64,000 nt of DNA from Octopus sinensis (Eukaryota): the NCBI RefSeq assembly GCF_006345805.1, contig NC_043000.1, positions 159,526,001-159,590,000 on the forward strand, in the 5' to 3' direction. The stretch's first letter is position 1. Every line of letters starts with the position of its first letter. Of the stretch, positions 51,361-63,799 are shown in pieces. The notes beneath the pieces are model-generated. The model was not told where the DNA came from and did no database searches. It worked only from the letters and a program-made list of their open reading frames with translations. Made by a program: the position numbers and the translations under genes.

Positions 51361-52894
51361 ATCAGAAAGATCCCGGAATTGAAAATCTACCCTTCATTTG
51401 GTTCTTGAACAACCACCTTGGGGATCTAATTTAAAAGCGTTTAGTTTGCTATTTCTAGCAGGTAAAGAGACCGTGAGAGGTTTCAATGGTATAGTAGAAG
51501 AGTTACCTCCCTTAGCTTTAAGTTTAGTATGGAAATTTAGTGGTTCTTTTATCTTTTCCAGTCATCAAACTGCGGCCACACTGGGGCATCGCCTTTAATT
51601 TTAATCGAGCAAATCGACACCAGTTCTTTTTTGTGCCTGATACTTTTTCTATTGGCCTCTTTTACCGAATCACTAAGATATATTATATATATATATATGA
51701 ATAAAAACCTCTATTCTAATTTTAAAAGAACTCCAACTTTATTATTTTTGTGTGTAGGCGTAAATTTGAGATAGCAACAGATATATCTTGGACAACATAA
51801 TCTGACGTCTCTTTTAGATAGTGAGAAGTATTATGTATGCAGATTCGCAACATATCACTTTGCTGTGTGTGAGGGAGAGAGTGGGTGAGTGAGAGAGAGA
51901 GAAACAGACAGACAGACAGAGACATATTTTGGCTTGTTTTGGAGTATGTTAAATGCAAAGGCTAAAGATGTTTCATATGATAATAATATTTCTCCCGAGT
52001 CTACTATAGCTTAATGTGGGTTAATTGTTACACGAGTTGGTGTCGATGATGGAAGAAAGATGGCGGAGGGAGATAGTGATGGAGTTGGAAAGAATCAGTA
52101 ATATAACAACACTCGTTTCAGATCTTCATATCGTCAAACCAGCCACCATTACAAACGCTTCCACCTCCAACAGGACATAACCAATAGCTTCTACATCATT
52201 ACTGCTACTAAAGTTTGTTTTGTCCCCTTGCTTTTTTTCCTTTGCCTTTCTTTTCATCTTTTTTTTTGTTTTTGCCTCTATATCAAAATATTATTTTAAG
52301 CAAAAGTCAAGAGATGTTGGCGAGGAAGGGGCTTGGGGAGTAAGGGCGTAGAGGTTTTGGGTGTGTGGGACTGGGGAATTCGCAAATAGAACACCAATAA
52401 GGGTTAAAAGCGGTGGAGGACGGTGGGGTAGAAAAGCTACAGAGATAAAAAGAAGGGAGAAAGAAGACCGTGTGTGTGGTGTGTGTGTGTGTGTGTGTGT
52501 GTGGATAAAAGTGTGAGGATGAAAACGAAAAGTGGGAACGGAGCAGAATGAAAGGTAAAGAGACAAGGAGGGAAAACGTGATTAAAAAGGAAAACATAAA
52601 AAAAAATACTTGTTTTTAACTGTTTGCGAATGCACAGTGATATGCATGACCGTGTGTGTAATGACGTTTGCACATATGTACATATATGCACTTGTGTATT
52701 TGCATAAATTTGCAGTTGATCGTCTGTGTGTGTGTGTGTGTGTGTGTGTACGTATGTAAATATGTGTGCGTGTAATCAATGTATGTATAAATGATGACAT
52801 TGGAAAATCTCTCCAAGGTACCGTCTGCATATATATATAACAATTGCAGCGTAGAAGATGTTTATAAGCCATTTAAAAATACACAAAAAAATCT

Positions 52895-53078
52895 GTTAGA
52901 TTCACTTCAGCATTTAAATTCAATTTGCGTCAAAATATTTTCGTCGCTTTCAAACCGCTACCTGTTCACTGACAAAACTTAGTACAACAGGTAAGTTTTG
53001 TCAGAGAAGAGGTCGCAGTTTCAAAGCGACGAAAATATTTTGACACAAATTAAATTTAAATGTTGAACTGAATCTAAC
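52895..53078. repeat. imperfect 87-bp-arm hairpin (MITE-like)
   Basis: Arms 52895-52981 and 52992-53078; 10-nt loop GTACAACAGG. Confidence 0.82.
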
Positions 53079-53232
53079 GGTGTGTGTGTGTGTGCGCGCG
53101 CGCGTTTGTTTTCAAATGGCTTATAAACATCTTCCACGCTGCAATTGTTTTTGTTTCAGCACACGATCTCAGATCATGTTATTTGCTATGCAAGTACATC
53201 TCCGAAATATTATATTGTGCTAAAGACGTAAA

Positions 53233-53520
53233 GATGCGTGGATTAGTGGTTAGGGTATTCGAACCGCGATCGTAAGTTCGTGAGTTCCATTCTCGGCGGC
53301 ACTTTGTGTCCTAGAGCAAGACACTTTATTTAATATTTACTGCTCCAGACCACTCAGCTCGCAAAATGAGTTTTACCTGTAATTCAAAGGCCAGCCTTGT
53401 CGCATCCTATGTTATCCTAAATCTCTCTGAGAACTACGTTTAGTGTACGCGTGTCAGTGTAGTGCTCTGCTACGTTCCGTAGCTTGGATCAACCGAAACA
53501 CTCGGAGTGTCGACGAAGTG
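53233..53520 (+). mobile_element. tRNA-derived SINE, family D (V/CORE-like central domain)
   Basis: Head GCGTGGATTAGTGGTTAGGG, then TGTGTCCTAGAGCAAGACACTT..TGCTCCAGACCACTCAGCT..AAATGAGT. Confidence 0.7.
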
Positions 53521-55001
53521 CCAGTTAATGTTTATATTCTAGAACATATTATTATTATTATTATTATCATGGTAACTGCAGATTTTTATAAATGATGTAG
53601 ATAAACTGGTACTGTGAATGATGCAATTATAAACGGATAGCATAATCACAGCGATACTGAATAGATTTGAATGTAAATTTCTTTCCAAGTAGAAGGTATT
53701 TAGTACTTAAACATGTCTATTCCAACTTTTCAGATAGTTTAAATAACAATGCTGAAACATGTAGACAACTGCCGGATCCTCAAATTCTAGACACGTTACT
53801 TTGAAATTGAACACAAGGCAACCTCTTCACATTCTACAGTTAGCAAATAAACTTCGCACAAATCACAGTCTTGAGAAGAACACTTTATAATTTAGTACTA
53901 GATAACCGTAGATAGATGCGATGTTCATGAGTGAAATGCCTTTAAACTTAAGTCTACTTAGCGTCGATATGAATCTTAATAACAACTGACCACATCACAA
54001 GCAAAGAAATATTAGCTTGAACTAAGAACCCTAAGATCTGAGTACCCTATGCACTATTCGCACTAACAATACGTAAGCGTGCTGAACACGTCCATGCGTG
54101 CATGTGTGTGTGTGTACGTATTTTATTGACTTAGGAAACGGAAGAGCAGTAGCAGAAACAACATGAGCAAAGAAAGGGCTTCAGGAGAATAATCCTGGAG
54201 ATAAAGAACTGGATGAAGCGGTTAATACAGAAGATCTAGGAGCTGAGATATAATGAAGATAACCAAATAAGGATAGAGACTTGTGTTGAATATTCTTTAT
54301 TGGGGAGAATATGCTAGAAAGGAATGTTCAGAAAATCTGTGGCCGCTTTAAAAGCTACAGAAAACACCAAAAGATGAATCCAAGCATCTAAGAGATCGTG
54401 ATTGCAATGTATTGTAGAGTTAATTTGCATTTCTCACCAGTCAACTTGCAATATGTGTGTGCATGCTTATTGTGTATGAATGAATTTATAAATTGAGTGA
54501 ATGTAAACTCAAATGCCTCATAAGAAAGAGAATTAAAAAGCGAGTATCCGAGGCGTTAACTAGGAGGCGTGGTTTCACCTCCCACCGGATAATCGTTTCT
54601 GATATTGTGTCGCGTAATTTGGTTTTGCAACAACTTAATTTTAAATTCTAAGTGCTCGTATTATTTGTTCAATGCTAGATTATTTCACACACACACACAC
54701 ACCACACACACACACACACATTTGTGAGGTGGTGTTTCGATCTCGCTACCATTTCATTCCCCGCGCTCTCTCTTTCTCTCTCTCGTTTTTACACACACAC
54801 ACACACATACATATATGAGAGAAAGTGAGGGGGATGAGAGAAGGAGAGAAAGTGGGATCGAAATACCACCCTCAAAAACCTGAGAAAAAGTTTGTACAGT
54901 TTTAATAGTGCACATGAAAAACTATATTCGTTTTTCTGACTTTTCCACCCTCTTTAATTTCGCTCCTCCCCTACCAGTAGTCTTGACTTTGGATCCACCT
55001 C

Positions 55002-55043
<42 letters not shown>

Positions 55044-56051
55044 ATAATCCAAACAAGAAAACAAAAAAGACAACAACGCAAGGACGTGGAACAATTAAAG
55101 TATTATTAGGCGCTCAGGAAAAAAGGGAAGAAGGAGGGTATATATATATGCTTGCAGAAACTGCTCCGAGAGGTCTCCTCGTACATTATATAATATATAA
55201 ACAGCTGTTCTTTCGACACATTGTCCAAAGTGTCGTCCCAGACGTAATTAATATGATATGACCTGAGGAAAATATTGCCGCTATTTTATAATCGATGTAC
55301 ATTGATTATTGTAAATATGTGTATTCATCGCGCAAGTATATAGTAATAGATGATTACATATAACAACCACATACATACTCTGCATCTTTAATCTGTATAG
55401 AACTAAATTTAACAATGTGCCGTTTTATAATATAAAATGATAGGGAGTAATTTTGGGGAAATGTAACCCGATTTCTACCATGTAGGTCGATTCTGCAGGG
55501 ACTTCCCAAGGCTTAAGAATTTCTGTTTCATGTGGTAGTTGAACAAAATCCATGGGGAAATTATGTATGTCTTTATCACCTCGGTGAGTTGGTTATTTTT
55601 CCTAAGTGTTATTCCCTACTTTAAGATGGTAGGGTTTACTATGAGGGAATTTTAGATGTTCTTTGCAGCAGCTGGTCGACTTTGAGTGACAGAATTGAAA
55701 ACAATGTACGGACACTTCTATTCCCCAACTTTCACTCTTACGGTTACGTTGCATCTTAAGGGTCACGGACGAACACGCACCGCTTCTTTCCGCATAAACA
55801 GAGAAATGCCGAGGAGTCTAGCAACCTTGTCTCAAAGAAATGCTGCTATATAACAAGAATCGTCTTACGTTGGCCGGAGGCACAATACAGCACGAAACAA
55901 ATTAATAAGAAAACAAGATGATACATCATTTGTAAACTTATGTAATATGATGTTAGATAATTTAGTATGATACTGTTTATGATAATTTTTTTCTGCATTT
56001 GGTAAAAGCTAAAATTATACAGACCGAGCAGAACTGTAAATATATACGCAA

Positions 56052-56089
<38 letters not shown>

Positions 56090-56091
<2 letters not shown>

Positions 56092-56495
56092 GGTTTCAAA
56101 TTTCAACAACTTTGGAGGAGGGAAAGCCGATTACATTAACACCATTGTTCAACTGATACTTATTTTATCGACCCTGAAAGGATCAAAGACAAAGTCGACC
56201 TCTGCGGAATTTGAACTAAGAAAGTCAAAACGGATGAAATGCTGCTAAGCATTGTCGGCATCCTAACGAATCTGACACCACCTTAATAATAATCCTTTCT
56301 ACTATAGACACATTTGGAGGAGGGGATGAAACAATTAAATCGACCCGAGTAATCAAATAGTACTTCTTCTATCGACTCCGAAAGGATGAAAGACAAAGTT
56401 GACCTCGGCAGAATTTGAACTCAGAACGTGAAGGCGGTCGAAATGCTGTTAAGCATTTTGCCCGGCGTGCAACGATTCTGCCAGATCCTGCCTTA
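56090..56495 (-). mobile_element. two tandem diverged SINE family A variants
   Basis: Two GAAAGGAT.AAAGACAAAGT.GACCTC..GAATTTGAACT segments. Confidence 0.78.
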
Positions 56496-56510
56496 ATAAT
56501 AATAACAACA

Positions 56511-56597
56511 ACTTACCCAGAAATTTTCAGCAAGTTAGTGACAAAGTGAACAATCAAAAATTGCCGGTGACTTACCTGAAAAATAGGAAAAAAAAGG
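56511..56597 (-). other. candidate recursive splice site with a 59-nt RS-exon
   Basis: Minus strand: CCTTTTTTTTCCTATTTTT CAG|GTAAGT (junction 56576/56575), 59 nt to TGG|GTAAGT (junction 56517/56516). Confidence 0.55.
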
Positions 56598-59107
56598 CTG
56601 AGTTGGAAATACTGAAGTTATTTTTATCATCATCAAACATTCTCATAAACACAACATAATAAACATCACAAAAGTCAACAACCATCACCATCAAAATCAT
56701 CATAGTTTGACATTCACATCATCATCTCGTATTTTCTTTGCTTATATTTTCCATTCTCCAAATACCTAGCAGTGAATGAAAGCCTTGCTTGACACACTTA
56801 TCAGAGACACTGATGTTTAACTAGAACTCCTCTCAGATTGAGTAGATTTATGATCAAAGGTATTACATCTTTTGTTGTACATCAGGTACTAATTACATTG
56901 TCAATACTATCCTTTTTTTATTTAAGAGTGTAGCGTGCAATTGGATGGAGATTTTGCTGTTTCGAGCAGATCAAACGATCGTAGAAAGCGTAACTAGGGA
57001 CTAAGAAGTTTGTAAGTGAGAGAGTTTGCAGCCTTTATATATTTTGCTCTTTTTAAATCTCTGCCTTCTCTTTAAATATTAACTTCAAAAATGTCTACAT
57101 GTAATATTATGATGAAATGCATGTACGTTACAGTCACAAGGACGTTAACAACAGCTATAATTCGAAATATAGAAGAGGATTTTCAACTGATAGCTACACG
57201 CGTATATATGGAGCAGTACCTGAGTTTGGAAGAAATCACTTGTTAAAGGCTGGATCAGTGTTAAAGGTTGGATCAGTAATAAAGGTGAATCAGTGATGTG
57301 TCAAATATCTGATTTTCATAAGGTAAGTGGTAAGTATTGTACCGCATCAAATTAGTACCCAGAATAAGATTATTCCGGGTTGATATTTCGTGTCCGTGTA
57401 TTAAAAAGGAAGAGGGCAGTGAATTGTAGTCGGGAGGGAGGATTTCAAATAGTGTCTGTAAAAGAAAAGTAGTGGCAGGTGAAAAAAATTTGAGAAGCAA
57501 TAGTGAAGGCTCCCTTCCGTTGTCTCAGTATACAGAAACTTATATTTCGATATTCACGAGGTGGATTTGTAGCCCATCGACTAACAACTCCCTGATAAAA
57601 GGTATTTTTTTTCATCTCTCAAGTAGAATTTCAGCATTCTGAGCCTACGGAAACATTCGGCGATTTCACAAAGATACTGCTTTTATATAAATGTGTTATG
57701 TAAGCTTTCTTTTGAACTAAATAATGATATTGAGAATAAGTAACTTGACAATAGATGAAAAGCGAAGCAAATACAGTATCGTAGCAATGGCCTTCTCTTT
57801 TGGTTGACATATCTCCTAGCATCTCTTTTCTGTTATTTCACAAGACCTTTTTCTTTTTTCTCATCCGATTCTAAATTCTACCACATGTGATTTTGCTTTT
57901 CAGAATTTACAAGTCAATAAAATAAGTACCAATCAAGTAATGAAGACAAAATTACACAGCTACGTCTATCTTCAACCACTAAAATGTCTTTGCTTTTAAT
58001 GATTTCTTCGAAGTAAAATAAAATAGGGTGAAAAGTACAAATGCAATAATTATCCAATAATTATGCAGCTGTGTATTTCATTTGAATACGAGACGATTTC
58101 AAACGCACGAAATATATTTGGAGTAAACCCACGTATTTAAAGTACATTAAATGTATAAATTACAGCAAATATGAAACGTCAAGAAATCTGAAAGTAGTTT
58201 TTGTCTAGCATTAAGCCAGCCGTAATCATCCCATCTTATTTTTCAGGCAACTTGCCCCTCAACGTGTAATTTGAGGGTGCTATTTCTAGCATATCGAGCA
58301 CATACGAAGGTTACGTCTGAAAGGATTTTCCAGTGGATTATTTACATAAAGTATTTTTACTTGATAGGGCGAGTGATTATGTGTGGGATTACGCTGATAG
58401 TGAAAGAAATTCAATGCCGACATGCTTACAGTGTATAACTGGCACTAAGAGCTACACACAAAACAAACTGTGCCATGAAAGACGCATACAATACCATAAG
58501 GGCAACGTAGGCGAGGATTATAATTTACTTGCAGCGCAGCAATGTGTAAACTATACAAATCTCTGGAAAAAAATTAAAATCGTTTGAACAATATTTGTGA
58601 AGTGGCGAGAATAAATGAAATGAAAAGGAATCGTTAGTTTATTAGACGAAACATTTCATCGTATTTGTTTTGACTCTTTACATTCTGAGCTAAACCCCTC
58701 TTGAAGTCAAACTTGACTTTCATCCCTTCGCGTTCGATACAATAAAGTATATGTTAAATATTGGGGTTGATGGTATCGATTAACCATGTTCCCAGAAAAC
58801 GGCTGACCTTGTGCCTGATTCACAAACTATAATTACAATTATTATTATTTATATTATCAACGTTGCGGGAGGTGCAAACAGTAGCGCAACGGGGATATCA
58901 CTCGTTGTGCTTGCTTAGACTTCTTTTACGTGCAATTCAAATCAAGCAGAATCAATTTTGACTACAATCATTTTGCAGGGCGCATAAAACGGTACCAGGT
59001 TTAGTTCTATATAATAGATTGATGGTTCGTTATGGATGTATCATATTCCGACGACAAGTTATCCTTTCAAAGAGACTCAGTGTTGTTGACATAGAGTGTG
59101 ATTTGAT

Positions 59108-59332
59108 GAGCAGGCAAAAACGTTAGCACGCCGGGCGAAATGCGTAGCCGTATTTCGTCTGCCGTTACGTTCTGAGTTCAAATTCCGCCGAGGTCGACTT
59201 TGCCTTTCATCCTTTCGGGTTCGATTAAATAAGTACCAGTTACGCATTGGGGTTGACATAATCGACTTAATCCGTTTGTCTGTCCTTGCTTGTCCCCTCT
59301 GTGTTTAGCCCCTTGTGGGTAGTAAAGAAATA
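59108..59332 (+). mobile_element. SINE family A
   Basis: Complete body through the 3' AAAGAAATA; no clear TSD. Confidence 0.88.
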
Positions 59333-60632
59333 GGTTCTGTCTAATCCGAGGTCATACTGAACAAGCAAACTTATGATCGAAGTCATGTCGTTCAAGTTGT
59401 TATCATCACATCTCTTTCGAGACAACAGACTACATTATCTAGTCGGTCCTTCACTTTATAGGATGATGAGGAAAAGATGATTTGAAAACGATCTGAGTGT
59501 TGTTTCTGGTAGGTCAAACAAAACGAATAACGATGAGACAGCGTTTTCGATTAAGAATTATGTGATAAAAGAAGGGCAGTATTAATAGGGAAATTATTAT
59601 TTATTTAGGTGTTCGCTGTGTTGGTATAGTGCTGTGCTAGTGTAGATGTAAATGTTGTGTCAGTAAAAGAAGCCTTGGGTAGTGTGTGCCACTTTCAGTC
59701 ATTCAGTCGTTTGGAATTCCGAGAAAGTAAAAATGGAAAACTCCAAAAATACAAATAAAAAAACAATGTAAAAACAAGCAGTAAACCAAGAATTTCTAGA
59801 ATTCTTTATTATTATTATCTTTAGAGATTCCAGAAATAACCGCCCACGCAGTCAGCAATCCTCAACATACTACACACAACTAAGCACCATACAGCTCGCC
59901 AAAGACTAAAGTATTATATTACCAAACCCTGACCATTCCACCTACCTTCGAAAATAAAGAAATGGATACGAAGTGGGGGTTGGCGATACCAGAGAAATAC
60001 CAAGATTTGCAACCAGTTCAAAATGGTAGTTTCCCCAACCCAAAGAATATTAATGACCAAAGATCCCTGGTTCCAGTCGCGATTTCGATCCTTGAAATAT
60101 CAACCCTTTTTCTGAGGAGGTCGTTAGTTTTCTTCCATAAGAAAGAAGTGCTACCAATTAAATACAGTCGTGTAAAGTAGAAGCGAAGCAATTGCACGTA
60201 GAATGTAAGAGCATTATTCTGGTAAAGCATTCCGTCAAAGAACTACGTCCATGTTGATTACTAATTCCCAGATTTAATCAGTTTTATTGACTCGTCTGTT
60301 TTGCCTAATATTCATTTGATTGGTGTCGAAAGGTATGAAATTATCATTGGTTATTAAATAAGAGGAGATAACTCAGTCGGTCATCCCACACTAATGCCAC
60401 TCCATACATGCATGCACACTCACACACGTGTCTGTGTGTATGTGCGTGTATGTATGCAGTGGTATTTCAGTACCTTGGACACCATGCACATTGGCCAAAC
60501 AAATAATAACAATATTAGGACATATTTAGTTCTGAATTAAATCGATGTTTTAATAATTTCCAAAAGTAAAAAATCATTCATTCATTCATTCATACATTCA
60601 TACATACATGCATGCATGCATGCATGCATATA

Positions 60633-60900
60633 CTAGCAGCTAATGCCGGTTTCACCAGGTTGATTTGGATGATGTAACTGTAAAACCTGCCGTGTAATCA
60701 CTCGACTTGTTTGAGGGCATGCTTACGTTAAAAAACAATTTTAGAATGACTTTTGTCTGTAAATGAACTAAAAATATCTGACCAACAAAAAGTAAACAAA
60801 AAAAAAACAACCACGATTCAACCAAATCAACTAATAAACCCAAATACTAAACGAACAAAGACCCATCCCACTTTCATTGCCTGAACACATTTATATATGT
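60633..60900 (-). mobile_element. non-autonomous Helitron candidate
   Basis: Minus 3' end CCTGGTGAAACCGGCATTAGCTG-CTAG|T; 5' end eroded (ATATATAAATGTG). Confidence 0.5.
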
Positions 60901-60919
60901 TTTTACCTATTCAGCTATC

Positions 60920-61216
60920 TTCTTACAGCATTCACCCGGGGTGGGTTGAGCTGGCTTTATTCATCCTCAATGCTGCATCTCTCACAAACGCCGACCAGGC
61001 CTGGCGATTTGAGGCTAACGACCGCGTGATCTCCAACCACTCCTTATTCCAGCGGCGAACGCCGTAGTTATGGGGGCCTAGGTTGGGTTCCAGATCAGCC
61101 TTGACTGTCATCAACCAGGTTTTTCGTTGTCCACCACATCGCTTTCGCCAAACCTGAAGGGGAGCTCGGGCAATTGCTTGGTAGATGAATTCTCCTGGTT
61201 GTCGACGGAGAATACG
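60920..61216 (-). mobile_element. 5'-truncated RTE-clade LINE 3' end
   Basis: Open frame 61216-60932: RILRRQPGEFIYQAIARAPLQVWRKRCGGQRKTWLMTVKADL..LASNRQAWSAFVRDA..*, typical of the RTE ORF C-terminus. Confidence 0.82.
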
Positions 61217-61224
61217 TTATATAT

Positions 61225-61228
61225 ACTA

Positions 61229-61265
<37 letters not shown>

Positions 61266-61315
61266 ATATATATATATATTATATATATATATATATACAC
61301 CTTATATAAATATAA

Positions 61316-61351
<36 letters not shown>

Positions 61352-61478
61352 ATATAAATATAGGTGTTATATATATATATATACCTTATATAAATATAAG
61401 TGTATATATATATATATATATATATCTTATATAAATATAAGTGTTATATATATATATATACACCTTATATAAATATAA

Positions 61479-61521
<43 letters not shown>

Positions 61522-61557
61522 TACATATATATACTACATTATATACCACACACACAC

Positions 61558-61609
<52 letters not shown>

Positions 61610-61620
61610 CATATATACAC
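61225..61620. repeat. (TA)n tract containing five copies of a palindromic CCTTATATAAATATAAGTG core
   Basis: Cores at about 61298, 61348, 61384, 61426 and 61461. Confidence 0.9.
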
Positions 61621-61897
61621 TTCAGAAGCCAAAATATTTCCAGATGATTTCTGGGTCTGAAACTTCTTGGGACGCGGTGAACTGCTATGGCTCCACACCC
61701 TAGATTGCTGCTTTGTCTGGGGTTCAAAATGATGAGGCTAAGTTTCATCAACTGTAACTAAACGCACAATAAAATCAGCCTCTCCCGCTGCAAACCGGTC
61801 GAAAATCGTCTTTGATGTCGTCACTCTGGTGTGCTTCTGATCTGCGTTCAGGTATTTCGGCAACAATTTTATGGAAAGCTTTCTCATGTTTAGAAAT
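61621..61897 (-). mobile_element. mariner transposase internal fragment (irritans/Himar-like)
   Basis: Single frame MRKLSIKLLPKYLNADQKHTRVTTSK..RLVTVDET*PHHFEPQTKQQSRVWSHSSSPRPKKFQTQKSSGNILAS, with a TAG at the conserved DETW tryptophan. Confidence 0.88.
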
Positions 61898-62060
61898 AGG
61901 CGTAGGAGTGGTTGTGTGGTAAGTAGCTTGCTTACGAACGAAATGTTTCCGGGTTCAGTCCCACTGAGTGGTACCTTGGGCAAGTGTCTTCTACTATAGC
62001 CTCGGGCCGACCAAAGCCTTCTGACTGGATTTGGTAGACGGAAACTGAAAGAAGCTCGTC

Positions 62061-62123
<63 letters not shown>

Positions 62124-62335
62124 TGTGTGTGTTTGTGTGTCTGTGTTTGTCCCCACAACATCGCTTGACAACCGATGCTGGTGTCTTTACGTCCCCGTAA
62201 CTTAGCGGTTCTGGAAAAGGGAACGATAGAATAAGTACTAGGCTTACAAAGAATAAGTCCTGGGGTCGATTTGCTCGACTAAAGGCGATGCTCCAGCATG
62301 GCCACTGTCAAAATGACTGAAACAAGTAAGAGAGT
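61898..62335 (+). mobile_element. SINE family B, full length
   Basis: Same layout as 30341-30780, with a long internal (TA)n. Confidence 0.9.
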
Positions 62336-62370
<35 letters not shown>

Positions 62371-63799
62371 CACGTACATTTATTACATATACACATACAT
62401 ACAGGTATATAGACAGGAACACACACATACACACACGTAGGTGATGTGCTTCCACAGATTTCCCGTCTACCATACATATACGCTAAGAGGATGTTGAGCG
62501 TAAGTTAATACAAGAAGATACCTTTGTAAAGTTTCACACATTGGGATCGAACCCGGTAGTAAATGACTGCAAAGAGAACTTATCAGCCACGAGTGCTCTT
62601 GATCTGGAAATGAACACGTAACCCTTGCTGTCGTTTCATTTGTGACTATTCTTATGTGGTCAAGTGTTGACCCCTAAGAACTTGAAAACGTAATAAAATT
62701 GTGACCTGACACTTCAATATGTTTGATCGTGCACTCCAGGAGAGAGAGAGAGAGAGAGAGAGACAGAGAAAGAGAGAGAGAGTTAGAAAATTATCAGGTA
62801 AGTATGTGATTGTGGACACACACACATGCGGATGTGGTCATGTTCGGTTGTATGCATGTGCACATCTGCACATGCGCAAATGCGTGTATGACTTTCCCAT
62901 GAGTTTCGCCGCTTAATGTTAAAATTGCTATAGACGAGTGATTTTTCACTATTTGCACTTCTCAACCGTTTTTTCAAACCAGCTTCCGTCTTTCTTTCCC
63001 CGTTTTGACCGACCCTCTTCTACCAACCCGTGTTCCGCATTGCTACTCCCCATCCTTCACATTTTCACTGCTTTAATGATTTTTCTCACTTTATCCACTC
63101 AATCTCCTATCACTTTTAACAGTTCAGGTCTCTCCGGCAAAAGACTCAACGTCAAACGTTCGATTTCTTTTTTTTTTACTCGTGTTATTAAATGCATTTC
63201 ACTCTGAAGTTTTTTGGGGTTTTTTAAAATTTTTGTTAAGTCATCGCTAAAAGTCCTTTTCCTGACATTACATTAAGACACGTTTGCCTGAAAAGCCACT
63301 GTGATCCTTTTTGCGCCAAGTGCAGCGGATGACGCGTTTGCACCCGGACTGTTATGAAACTTTCTTTTTTATCAGCAAATCCACGAAATAGCAGATCCAG
63401 TTTACAAGAGAGAATAAAAAGGAGGAACTTTTCAATGAATTAAATCCATTCCACTGTGCTCAGTATATTACATACACTTTATCAGATCAAGAAACATACA
63501 TCAGAGCAGTGATGTTTGAAAATCGTACAACATCAATATGGCCAGCTAAAACCTTCACTACATACTGAGACCATTTTTTAACATTTATTTTCTGTACCAA
63601 AGGGTGATATCAAATCTATTAGAGAAAATACTTGGTCATCATTCTCTCTGCGATACCTACATGAACTAAATCAATCTTGCAATAAATGCCGTTTTATATC
63701 GATGAATTTTGTGTCACGGAAAGAGAACCAGGTCAATTGCTGAGTTAACTCGCTTAGTTTTATAGATAGTGAATCTAGAAAGGCCATCTTACTGTTTCA

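Noticed and set aside
54130-54420. Purine-rich coding-like stretch (KKGLQENNPGDKELDEAVNTEDLGAEI)
   Set aside because: Multiple stops and only vague similarity to LINE C-termini.
57224-57328. Frame VKGWISVKGWIS.. ending at AAG|GTAAGT
   Set aside because: The frame is created by an 18-bp tandem repeat and has no credible upstream acceptor.
62795-62803. Plus-strand CAG|GTAAGT
   Set aside because: It is preceded by a purine (GA)n tract rather than pyrimidines, so it is not a recursive site, and no exon can be defined.
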